64,000 nt of DNA from Octopus sinensis (taxonomy: Eukaryota), in NCBI RefSeq assembly GCF_006345805.1, contig NC_043006.1, positions 28,458,001 through 28,522,000 of the forward strand, read 5' to 3'. Positions 24,563-38,300 of this stretch are shown in pieces. The notes under the pieces were generated by a model. That model was given only the letters and a program-made list of their open reading frames with translations. It searched no databases and was not told the origin of the DNA. A program made the position numbers and the translations under genes. Position 1 is the first letter of the stretch. The number at the start of each line of letters is the position of its first letter.

Positions 24563-27500
24563 AATGTTGACTACAAAAATGACAACAATGAAGATCATTG
24601 ACACAAGACTATAAATATATAAAAATGGAGAGGTACAACTCCCTATCTATTATGAAGGCTCATGGCTTAGTGGTTAAGGTGTTGCAGTCGTGGTCATAAG
24701 ATTGTGGCTTCATTTCTTATACCAAGTGGGATATTGTGTTCTTGAGCAAAACCATTCATTTCCCATTTGAGTTCCATCAACAGACCAGTGTCCCATTCAG
24801 GAGGGATGTAAGTTTGTAATCTCAATTACTTAAATTCCATGGATTATTATGAGGTTATTATGAGTCCTAAAACTCACGTAGGCCTAAATACTATGAAGGA
24901 ATGAAAGTCAAATTAAACTATGAACAGATTTGGAACAAAATTCCACAAAGCATTGCTATTTTATTAATTACCTTCTGTCATTTATATTCATAACATTTAA
25001 AATTTTATTTTATTTTTTGTAGATTCATGTGGTGAATGAAGGCCGTTTGTATTCAAACTTTGCTTCACGTAGTGCTGATACATCTACATGTGGTCTGAAC
25101 TCTGGAATTATTCTTGGTAAAAAGGTTTTGAATCAACTTCATTATTTTATGGCCATTAATGGCTACTCTCAGGTAAGTCTTTCTGAATTCTTTTGCTTTT
25201 TTTTTATGAATACATATTAAATGTGCATGCTTAATTACAAAATGACAATATTACACATCTCTATATATATAAACGGCAACATGTCTGTGTGTGTGTATCC
25301 TTTGTACAAATGCACACTTTTTCAGTTAGTGGGCTCGCACTTTCTATGGTCATTCAAAACCATCCAAGGGTGGTTGTGAAGATTTTTTCATTTCCCAGTT
25401 ATCGATAAACTGATCCCTTGTTTCAGGTAACAAAAGTCTTTAATACAAGGGACGTAACTCAATTAATCCAGGAGTTTAATCTAGAGATATTAAAACATAG
25501 CAAGGGAAATAACTCTTTAAAACTTTGCATTTCTCTCCCTTTGTTATGTATCACTCCTCAATACTGTACCAGACCAATTTATCCAATTTAGGACTGGAAC
25601 TATCCCAGATTTCTGGATTTTCCAGTTTCCCAGAGAATTTCTAAACGTTTGCTTAAATTCTCTATATCTATAAATGGCAAAAATGTCTGTTTTTTTATTG
25701 GACGGAGATAATTTTACACCTGACAGTTGGATGCGTGTGCGCATTTGCAGACAGTCTGTATGACTCTGCGCATTTTTGTGTTTTGCAAAGATGCGTTATC
25801 ATGTGTTTTGGCTTTCAGACGTGCACGCTTTTTTGATTTGAGAAATGCAGGGAATACTTAACGAGTTAGACCGAGTGAATGACAAGAGAGAGGGATTTTC
25901 ATGAAAGACCAAATATGCTTGACTACCACTAGACCCAACAAAGCCGGGTCATAGTGCTAATGTATTATAGGATATTTGTTGGAAGAGGAAGGCATTTTGA
26001 AAGGATGAAAGGCAAAGTCGACCTTGGTGGAATTTAAACTCACAATGTAGCAATGGGTGAAATACCACCAAGCATTTCACCCAGCATGCTAACTATTCTG
26101 CCAGCTCACTGCCTTATATGCTGTGAAATGATACAAATTGTATTAATCGATATGGAAACTTGGTTTAAGTTGGCTTCATTTTCTTTTTCCATATCCGTAA
26201 CTGTTTCATATGGTACTTTACCCTGCCTATAGCTAAATACTCAACTATAAAGTAAGACCTTATGAAGCAAGCAGACCTATGTTTTGTCCAGGTGTTCAAT
26301 TATTCTATTCTTTAATGTTAACCTTAGTGCCACTGCCCTTCTTGAAAACTGATGCAAATAACCTCATGTGATAAGAGCCAACATAAAAGTTTCTTGATTG
26401 GTTGATTTCTCCAGTCATGGTTTACATTGTGTATAGAGAAAGGGAGGGGAGATTGTAAGAAAAATACTGTACGAGTTAACGTAAGAGGTGTAGGATGACT
26501 ACACATACTAGACTTGGTGGCCGGCAATGAGTAAAGGAACGTCACACACACATTTATAGTGAGAGAAAAAGGACTATAGGTACAGAGATAGAGGAGGAGA
26601 GGGAGTAAATGACCAAGTACCTATAGGAGGAGTTATAAAAATAAGAAGTTTGTTTTATTTAATTTTATGCTATTTTCCTTTCGAAAATTAGTATTTGTTT
26701 CATCATTTTCTATAAGCAACAAGAAATTTTACAAAAGTTAAATAAAAATTATTGTGTGTGTGCCATGTTTCCTGATATAATTCATTTTGGCAAAAGTGTA
26801 CTTCCAAAGTTACCCAATTTATGATGGGTATATTTCAATCAAAATTTGCAATGATTTTCATTTCATGCCAGCATGGAGCAGAGATATTAAATGATGATGA
26901 TATCATTATCAGTATTAGTATTGGTATTATGTACGAGGGAGTGCTGAAAAGTTCCAGCTTTGCATCAAAGAAAACACAGGAGGATCAGTTAATTATGATT
27001 TTATTCAGGGTAAAGATTCCCTTTGATCATGAATGACCATGAGATGCACCCAGAAAGTTCACCTCAGAGGTACAAGTCTGGGCAGGGTTGTTTATGGAAG
27101 ATTATCAGTTGCCCATGCATACCGGCCTCCTCTCTCCACACCACTGATGTTATCCAAGGGAAGGGCAAAGGCTTGGCACCAGTGACCTCACAACTAATTT
27201 CTACAGCTGGGTGAACTGGAGCAAAGTGAAATAAAGTGTCTTGCTGAAGAACACAACACACAGCCTGGTCTGAGAATCAAGCTCACTACCACATGATTGT
27301 GAGCCAGACGCTCTAACCACTGAGCCATGTGCCTTCATGATTTTATTCAACATAGATGATATTTACTCCCCTCTCAGATTCATACATTTATTGCAGCGGT
27401 CCTTCAGTTTTTCTAAACCCTGTAAAAGAACTCAGAAGGTTGGACTTCCGACCAGGCCTTACGTGATACCCTTAAAGTCATGAACTTTTCAGCACCCCCT

Positions 27501-30365
27501 CATAAGTTAGTGAATGTTGATCATCCTTGATTTGATTCTATGATACAAACTTAATGCTTTGAAGAGATCTCACTTAAAACCTTGCATCAAAATTTCATGT
27601 TACTTTATGTTCTAAATATTAGCTTAATTAATGACTATTATTTTACTGAATTCTTCATTATTTTCAAAATGAATTGATATAAAGTCAGTCTATTTCAACA
27701 GAAATAACAAAAGAGTTAAATTTTAAAACATTTAGCTTTTCCAAACCAAAATTATAAAATGTTTAAATATCCATTGTAATTGAGTAAATAATAATAATAA
27801 TAATAATAATAATGATAATAATAGCAGCAGCTGGATTTATGTTATAAGAAAATATCTCTGCTTATATTTAATATTTTTATTATTTAGACATACGTTGACC
27901 AAATTAATGAAGATGTTGTGTCTGTCACAAGGCATAACCCATCAAATCATGAGTCTGTTGTCCTGATTGCTCGCACTTCATTCAGTTTTCCAAGCGATCC
28001 AAGTAATAAAGGCTCTCATATTCGCACCATTCATTTGCCAGGTAAGATTTCAAAAAGACAAAAACCTTCTTGCTGATATTTGTTATCAATATTTTGAATG
28101 TTTATAATTTGAGATGAGTTGTTGTTAATAAGATCATCATCATTATGATAATTAACTTCCATCTTCCAGTCTAACATGGATTGGACCGGTTAATAGGATC
28201 CAGAGAGCCAGAAGATTACTTCAAGCTCCAAAGTCTGCTTTGACATGGTTTCTAGAGTTGGATGCCCTTCCTAATGCCAATCACTTTACAGAATGTACTG
28301 GTTTATTTTTCTTTTCATGACACTGGCACTAGTGAGGTCACCAGGCAACTAGCAAGACAAAAAAGAAAAGATCCCCTCAGCTGAGTAATGCTGTAATAGA
28401 GGGAGAAGTGGCTTTAGGCCAGGTGTTGAGAGGCTAAAGTATGACAGAGGGATAGACACAGGTGTCTTGTTATAAAGGAGATACATGGCTACCCCACATT
28501 ATATGAGGTTATATAAGGGAGGGTGGGAGGAATGGAGGAACTGGAAAGAAGACAACGATGATGATGACATGGTGTCTCAAGTTACAAGTATGGTTAGATA
28601 CCACAGGCTTCCCTTCTCAGCTCGAGCCATCAGGGCTAGACCCAGACAAAAGTAAAATTTTCCCACTTTGTGGTGGTAACTCCCTCATCTGGGATGCTAC
28701 ATGCTGTAATGTCTCAAGATACAAGCATGGCCTAGACACTGCAGGCTTCCCTTCCCAGCTCGAGCCATTGGGTCTTGACCAAGTATAAGAGAAAATACAG
28801 TGTTTAGATGAAGCTTTATCTCCACAATAATTCCTCTTAAGTTAAATGTTGTGAAATTATTCTTTCTAGTTTCCTGGTTAAAACTAGCAGTATCGCCAGG
28901 CGTTGCTCGGGTTTGTTTCGACCCGTTAGAATTGAAATTTTTGAAAAGTAAAAATTTTGCATTATGCAGCTTGTTATTCTCTTTAAGTGAACATTTTTCT
29001 GGTTAAAATACACCGAAAAATGTTGACACAGCAGTCAAAAAATCATAAAAAATAGGGATTTTCATAGTAAAAAAAGCACCTTTTTCATGTAAATAATTTT
29101 TGGTGTTAACATGGTCTGATTTGAATTTTTTCTTCTACGGAAGGAAGAGCAAGCCTTCTATCATACTCTCAATTTTGGTCAACTTGCACTGCAGGGTCTC
29201 GGAGGAGAAAGTGTTAGTTGAAGGCTACCAAACCTGCCATACACAGACAACTTCAGCTTTATATATAGAGAGATATTAAAACAGCCTTAAAGCAACATCC
29301 TCTTCCTTTTTGACAATCCCACTCCTTCTGTATATTTTCACCTGATAATTATATGGTATGAGTGCCACCTATTTTCCTTTAATCATGTTGCTATGTATCA
29401 GATAGTTGTAAAATCTATGTTTACCAGTGTTTATGGGGTAGGAGCTGTTATAGTTCTAGCCTCTTGGGCATCAGGAGAGAGAGAGAGAGAGAGAATTGAA
29501 TTTATTTATGGTTCTATTTGTTATCCGACTTCTTCATAGGAAGATAAATAAATTTTCTGGCCATATTTTTTTGTTTAGTTTTCTATCAATTATCACTTTC
29601 TCCTTCCTCTCTCACCCAGTCCTACTTCCTTAATCTTTCCCCGCAGACTAATATTTCACATTGACCATAGGGTCTTGCTGATTGGATGAGGTAGTTGTGT
29701 GGAAGTTTCCATTGCTCTCTTCCACTTAGCAATCACCAACAAGGGTACATACCTCTTAACCTTACAAAGCCAGCAAGTCCTCAATGTGCTGCCACCACCT
29801 CATCCATCTACACATGAGCACCCTTGCCTTTGCTGTCATTGTTGTACTCTGCCTCATATCCTGATAGCCACTCTGCTCACTAACTTTAAAAGTGGTGCAC
29901 TGCTGTCCTTGAGAAGACTTGCTCACCACAACAGAATTGGGATCCTGAAGACAAGGTGTCGTGTAAAAAGCATTGGTGTGGGTGCTGGTGCCACATAAAA
30001 AGCACTGGTGCTTTTACCACTTAAAAAGCATTGGTGATGTTGCCATGTAAAAAGCACTCAGCACACTCTGTAGAATGGTTGGCATTGAGAAGGGTCTCCA
30101 GCCATAGTGTGACCCCTGGACTTGTCAGTTCTTGTCAAGTTGTCCAAACCATTCCAGCATGGAAAACAGATGTTAAATGTTGATGATGATGATAATAATG
30201 ATCATGCCTTCACCCAAGTGCTTCATCACTACATCCACTGCAATTCTCATCTCTGACTATTTGTCACATTCCTTTCACACTCTTGCAAATTTACTTATCC
30301 ACCCACCCTTTCCAATCATCTGTTCCTATTCTCTCTCTTATATTCCCCTTGAAGATATGCCCTCA

Positions 30366-30437
<72 letters not shown>

Positions 30438-32408
30438 TATTACGGAGATATACTTGCATAGCAAGTGACCTGATCTGAGATCGTGTGCTGGAACGAAAAC
30501 AATTGCAGTGTGGAAGGTGTTTATAAGGCATTTAAGAAACACACAAAAAAACCGTTAGATTCACTTCAACACTTAAATTTAATTTGCCAAAATATTTTCG
30601 TCGCGTTGAGACTGTGACCTGTTATATATATAACTGGAGAAGCCTCGTATCTCCTTTCCAGCAAGACACCTGTTCCTGTCACTCTATCATACTTTTACTT
30701 CCCTCAGTACAATACCTCCACTCAGCTGAGCAATCTTGTCTTGCAAATTACTTGGTTACCTCACTAGTGCCTATGCCATAAAAAAGCAACCTGTATACTG
30801 TGTAAAGTGATTGGCATTAGGAAGAGCATCCAGTCATGGAAACCACGCCAAAACTGACATTAGTGCTTGGCTCATTGGTTCCAGTTGAACCATCCAAACC
30901 ATGCCTACATAAAAAATATGGACATAAAGCAATTATGATGATGATGATTTTATTAAATTTTGATTAGACCTCACCCAGTCAATCATTACAAAATAGAACC
31001 ATTTTTTTTCCTTATAACAGATAATTTAACTTCTGATATGTGAGGGATATAACCAAAGTCATTGATATCTAATTAAACTAACTCTAATTGTATCAAATAA
31101 TCCTTTGCTAATACACATTTCTTGTTTGATATTTTTTCATCAATAGGTGTTGTGGATGAAATCATTTTTGAAATGAAACTGGTTCACCGCGAAGGCTGTG
31201 AGTATCATATGGATCACGAGTATATCAACGGTTTACCTGATTATCGACTTAACCTGGTGGAACATATTAAAGTCAATTTCAGTGAAATGATCCACATTTC
31301 AAAATCTGATAAAAACTGCGTTGAAATTAATTTCAAAAACTTCCCACCCAGCAGTGTTATTGCAATTAAGTAAGTTAGAATTACATTTATCAGTCTTTGC
31401 AACATTTTTATCTGATCATGCTACTGTTGATATGTTGTGTGTTATCTCTGGTTATAAGTTGCTGCCTATATGGTTAAAAAAATTTTTAATGTTGTGTTGG
31501 TAGGCTGTTCATTTATATTGTACTGTACACTGTGACGAGTAATATTAGATATACAGGAAGGCAGAATCATTAGTATGCCAACCAAGATTCTTAATGACAT
31601 TTTGTCTATCTTTATGTTCTGAGTTCAAATTCTGCTGAGGTCAACTTTGCTTTGCATCCTTTCAGGATCAATAAAATTGGTACTAGTTGAGCATTGGTTG
31701 TGATGTAATCAATCTACCTCCTACCCAAAAATTGCTGGCCTTGTGCCAAAATTTGAAAGCAATATTAGATGTACAGTAGTGCACACTGTACACTATGAAA
31801 GTTATAACCAGTTATACAGTATGGTACATTGTACACTGTGCAGTATACACTATAACAGGCAATATTAGATATATGGTATTTATTATAAATTATAGAAATG
31901 CTTCCTAAGTCTATTATTCAGTTATACTGTAAACTAAACATGTCTTCTATATTTCTGTCAATGTTATTATTCGTATATGGTCTATGATAATTATTCTCCT
32001 CGCCCTGTCTTTTACTGTTTATAATTTGTACTGTCTTTACTGTCCTGTTTTTGTTACCATTTTTACCCCTCCGCAAAAAAATCTCAAATTTTATTTAATT
32101 TGCTTTTTGTGGGAAGGAATGTTTCACCGAAGTCGTGTTTCGCCTTGACCTTCGAAACGCGGAGTAGATGAAACAGAGGCGACTGAAGAAGGGGAATTTT
32201 CCATGTGTTGTATGTCCTGTACTCTATTTTTTCGTTGTTTAAGAAAAATCTCCATTTCCTTGATTTTGTGTTTATGTTTTCGTTTCTCATTGTGTTTGAC
32301 GTTTTTTGGTGTCCTGTACCCATATATGCATGTATATATACATGTTGATGTAGGTACGTACATGTATGTATGTATATATGCATATGTTTTATTTATTAAT
32401 TTGTTATT

Positions 32409-32440
<32 letters not shown>

Positions 32441-34603
32441 TGTATGTATGTATGTATGTATGTATGTATGTGTGTGTGTGTATGTATGTATGTATGTATG
32501 TGTATGTATGTATGTATTGTTTATAATTCACTATATTCAAGATAGTTGGCATATATTTTCTAACCTTTTGGTCATTCCTGTTAATTCTTATGTTCCTGCT
32601 GCAATCTTTAACTAATGCTAACTTTGCTTTATGTTCTTATAGAATGTCTCTTCCAGCACAAGCGAAAGATTGTATTCTCAAAGTGAGAAGTTATCTCAAT
32701 GAATTTGGCTATTTAATGAGGTCTTACAGTGGACGTTCACTGTTTGATAAAGAACCCAGTAGCTTCCGAGAGATTATTGAACACTTGAACTATGATAATC
32801 TTAACCGCGTTATGTATCGTGTGGCCCAAGAAGAGGAAAATGATGGATTTGGTATAAGTTCCTATGAAATACCAAAGTACGGTCATTTGAATTACTGTGG
32901 TCTTCAAGGTAATTGGCATTTTCAAATGTTTTCTTTTTTTCACATTATTCTTAGAAATCAAAACAAAGTGAATTTGATTTAGTAGGGCGAGGAGTATATC
33001 ACTAAAAGTTCTAAGGATATAAGTGTCAAAACAATACAGTTTCACTCTGGGTAAAGGGTAAAAATCCCCTTTGGTCATGAATGACCATGGGATTGCACCT
33101 AGAAAGTTCCCCTTCCGAGGCACAACTCCAGACAAGGTTGTTTAATGAAGACCAGAAGTTGCTCATGCATACCAGCCTCCCCTCTCTGTGCCACTGAAGC
33201 TATCCAAGGGAAAAGCAATGGCTGATACAGCTTGACACCAGTGATGTTGCAACTCATTTCTACAGCTGAGTGAACTGGAGCAACATGAAATAAAGTGTTT
33301 TGCTCAAGAATACAGCACAGAGCCCAGTCTGGGAATCAAACTCACTACCTCATGATTGTGATGCCGATGCTCTAACCACTGAGCCATGTACCTTCACTCT
33401 ATATGTTGTCTATACTACATGTAAATTGTTTTAGATAACATAAATAGACATTATCATCCCCCTTTGTGCTACTAATTACCTTCCCCCTGTGCTGGAACCA
33501 TTTCCTTTTAAAGTCCATCCCACATTTTCAATATCGTCCCTTCCCATTTTATTTTCCAATGATTACTGCTTTCTGTGCTTCCAGTTTCTCTCCTTTTCTG
33601 AGCTACATCTTAGTACTGCTATACCTCATTTTCAACACTCTCATATCCACTATCATTTTTATCACTCTGGCATATCTGCCCCCACCAACTTTATCCCTCA
33701 TTCACCATAGGCACCCCTGCATACCACTGGCTTCTATCTTTGTCACTGTATATCTCCCTCTTTCCCACATTCTCTCAGCCTACATCTCCATATTTTTGAT
33801 CTGTCTGCAGGCTTATTATACTGCTGCTCTCCACTCTTCTTATACTACTCCTTATCAACTCATTCCTGAACCACTCCTATTTCTTTTACTTTCATCTCCA
33901 AAATGATATTTGCCATCAAATACACCTCCACTCTTGTTCATCATTCACCTCTACCTCATCTCTAACAGTCTGTCATTCTCCTCTCACAATATTAAGCACT
34001 TACCCATCTACCCTTCTCAACTCTCTATCCATATTTTCTCTTATACCTACCCTCCTTGATGGCATACTCTGATACCTTGCCACCTGTTACTCCCACCTAC
34101 TCTTATATAATGCAGGACAGCCATATATCTCCTCTACAGCAAAGCACCTGTACCTGTCTATTATACTTTAACCTCTCACAACATGGTGTAAAGCTATCCC
34201 TTTCTCTACAAAACCCACTTAGTCAAGGAGTCTTATGTAGAGGAAGATTTATCACTTCTCCACAGAGCTTTATAAAACCATTAAAACATTCTTTGTCTTA
34301 ACATCAAGATCATACTGAAACAAATGGATGCCAATGGAGAACAAAAAACAGTCATTTATCTTTCTGCTTCTTGAGAAACTGACTCTATTGGAATATGTTG
34401 TCTTTCAAGCTGCCCAGTGACCTCACTAGTACTGGTGTTGTGAAAAAAGCATCCAGTATACTTCTTAAACTTCTTTGGTGTTGGTAAGAGCATCTGGTTG
34501 TAGAAGCCATGCCAAAGAGGACAGTGGAGCATGATGCAGTACTTGGACAGTCAGATCTGAGTAAATTGTCCAGTCCTTGCCAGCATGTAATAAGGATAAT
34601 AAT

Positions 34604-34635
<32 letters not shown>

Positions 34636-35347
34636 ATGATTTCTTTCATTACAATTTCCGTGTCCCTGTAACTATCATATAAAAAGGAAAACAATGTATC
34701 TTTTTTGAAGAATGCTGACTGATTAAATTATTTCAATAGGTGTTTCAGAACTTCTTGACAAGGTTCGTATCAACAATGACCTTGGACATCCTCTATGTGA
34801 CAACCTTAGAGAAGGAGACTGGCTCTGTGATTACATTGTGAAACGGCTGGCAGTACATGATGGCACTAAGTTGGTATGTCATTTATCATTCTCATAATAA
34901 ATAGATATATTTAAAATAACTTGTATTTTTTAAATTTTGAATGGGTTTTCATTTCATTTGCTTTATTTTGTTTTATTGTTTTTTCCTTGTTTGTTTGTTC
35001 TTTTGTTTCAGCTTGGTGAATGGTTCGAAAAGGTCTTTGCCCAATTGAAAATGATGCCTCGTTACCTGATTCCAAGTTATTTTGATGCTATTGTTTCTGG
35101 AGCATTTATTCTTATCCAAGATCATGCTTTGGAACAAATGTCACCGTGAGTTTAAATATATATATAAATATATATATATTTTACCTTTCCTCTATTAGCA
35201 AATTTTCTTCCATGTGAACATTGATATTGAAATTAAATAAAATGGAAACAAATAAATAGATGTACTCGTAGTTTCTCACACTTGTGCTAAGCCCAATACT
35301 TTTTGGGTGAAGTTGTAACTATTTTCTGCTAGGTATTATGACAAGTG

Positions 35348-35378
<31 letters not shown>

Positions 35379-38300
35379 TTAACATTTGTTTTCTATGTTG
35401 GCATGGGTTGGATGGTTTGACAGGAACTGGCCAGCCGGAGATCTGTCCAGGCTCCAGTTTTCTGTTTTGGCATGTTTTCTATGGCTGGATGCCCTTCATA
35501 ACACCAACCACTTTACAGAGTGTGCTTGGTGCCTTTTATGTGCTATTGACACAGGTGCTTTTATGTGTCACTGGCATGAGTGTTTTTTAGGTGGCTTTAG
35601 TCTCGGGGAGAAGGCACAACATCTAGGGGTATACAATGTCAGTAGAAGACTTATAATTTCATAATTCTCTCAGTGGTTCTCTACAGTGCGTTGGAAAATA
35701 CTCTAAACATTTCTTGCATTTAACTTGACAGAAAGGTGACTAAAGACTGAGAACAAGATTCTCTTGAGACTATCTAAGAAAGAAATGCAAACCAGAATCT
35801 GGGGGAACTAGTGGTTGTCTATATTTTATCTATTTTTATCTTCTATCTTTGACTTGTTTCAATCATTGGACTGCAACCATGCTGGAACACCACCTTGAAA
35901 GATTTAGTTGAAAAAATCAACCCCCAGTACTTACTTTTTTTAACATAATTTACAATTGATGGATATTTGTCCTCATCTTGTTTGTTGTTAACCCGTTTCG
36001 GCTGATATACCCTCCAGCCTTCATCAGGTGTCTTGGGGAAATTTCGAACCTGGGTTCTCATTCCTAAGGTATTTTTCAATGTTGTTGTTGTTGTTGTTGT
36101 TATTAACAACAAACAATATGAGGACAAATATCCATCAATTGTAAATAATATACACCATTCCTCATCTCTTAAATATAGAACTGTATTACTTATTTTTTTA
36201 TTTGATGCTTATTTTAGTAATTGTTTTTGCAAAAATGCTAAGTTATAAGGACATAAACAAACCAACACTGGCTGTCATGCACTGGGGAGTGTAGTAGTGG
36301 GGACAAAGGCACACACACTCACACACATACTCATACATACCAGTGGTGTACACTCCAGCTATGCATTGCATGGCCATTTATCTTTCATACAACTCGAAAC
36401 TAAATTTACGATGGTAATTTAACTGTAACTATGTCAAGAAGTTATCAAAATCATTGAAAATAAAACTAAGTGGTTAATTTGTTTCTTCTTAGAAGAAGAT
36501 GGTCAGATGCAATACAAATATAGCATTATTTGGATTATTGAAGACAACTCCATTTGAACCTCATATCTCTCATTCCATTAAAAATAGCTTCAAAGTCATG
36601 CAATGTTAAAAATGCATGAAAGTTCTTGTCTTTGGTCTCCTCTTTCTTGTCAGTACCTCTCTCTATGCTCTGTCAGCTGTTTTGTAATTGGTGTCGCTAA
36701 AGACTAACCACATTGTTGAATGGATTTCACCATTTGACCTCAGTCAAAGGCACTAATACAGCCGTTTCAAAATTCTTTATCTGGAAGATCAGTTCTCTCA
36801 TTCAGAATACTAGGACCTAATTTTTGCCAACAGAACACACACATGTGTGCATTCATGCACACATACACACACACACATGCGCACATGTGCACATACACAC
36901 ACACATAAACACTCGTATATGCATATCTCTTTTATAAAATCCTTTGAATTTATGAAATATTAGTCCAACTGACTGAAATGTGTGTTATAGAAAACCTAAT
37001 TTGTGAAGTTCTATCAAGAAATGTATTTAACAATTTCAGAAAGGAAAAAATGGTGAAATGAAAGTGCTATGCTAAATAAATTATTCTGGTGGCTATGCTT
37101 GTTATTTAGTTTAGAAAAAACTGTTTGGAGATATAAAGGTTAGGATGTTTTAAACAATCTACATATGGCCATGCTAAAACATAAACATTCCCAAAGTCAT
37201 AAAATCTTTGATAGGTTTTAAAACATTTGAGAATGTTCAGAGAGACTTGCAATTGGATGCATGAGTAAAACAGAACATACAACAGCATAATGAAGTTGGA
37301 TGAAACAGATCCATTCTGCGGTGATTGATGCAGTTTTTTTTTTTTTTTTTGGTCACCAAGAATTATTATTTCAGCTTCATTTTGAATCTAAAGAATCCAA
37401 TAATTGCGGAAATTATAAAGAACTCTTATATTTAATCTATATTAATAAAGTGTCTGTCTGGGACCCCTGTATCTCAGTCTACATTTGCTCTACATAGACA
37501 TATTATACCCTTTTGGAATCAGGAGGATCCTGAGATTGAAAATCTTCCCTTCATTTGGTTCTTGAACATCCAGCATTGGGATCTGGGTTGTTAATTCTAG
37601 CAGGTAAAGCTTGGCTGATTCACACTATCTTAGTTGGCATTTGTCAGATGATGTCAGAGATCAAGGAGAAGATAAGTGACATTCACTTCATAAATTTTAC
37701 GTTGAGATAAGAACTTTGGGACAAATTGGCCAACAATTGGAATTCAACTTGGGACTGGAACAATAGAATGATTGCATTACAGAATTAATTCTCTGTCCTT
37801 AACCTCTGATCGAACATCACCGAGGTATATAGTCATTATATATGTATTATAGTCATGCTATTTAGCTCTCTTTAGCCTTGGGCCACAAGTCCAATTAGCC
37901 TTCTACAGGAGCTGACTTAAAAGTTTGCACAGGATGTGGTTTTTAAGTTAGTAAATATGACGAAAATTTTGCAAGCCATCTTCATAAAGCTTCTGTTTTC
38001 TCAAGTCTGTCAAGCAGAATTCAAAATGACTTAATTGATGCAGTTCAAAAAGTTATATTGGATGAAATAGAAAATGAATTGAAGCAGGTTAAATTTGCAG
38101 CTAATTTTGTAAGTGAAACATCTGATGTATCAAAATACTCACAACTGTCAACTGTTTTACATTATTTTACAAAAAATTGTGTTATTAAAGAACGATTTAT
38201 CAGTTTTAATGATTTTAGTGCAGATCGTTCAGCAAATGCTTTATCTGAACATATTTTTAAATGTATTGAAACGTGGAAATGTGGAAACAAATTAATTACG

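Noticed and set aside
32150-32205. CGAAACGCG ... CTGAAGA in permuted order
   Set aside because: There is no UH cleavage site and stem I does not pair.
33440-34300. Possible ancient LINE remnants (also 4900-5640, 29640-29960, 44690-44960, 52560-52870)
   Set aside because: Too degraded to assign family or boundaries by eye.
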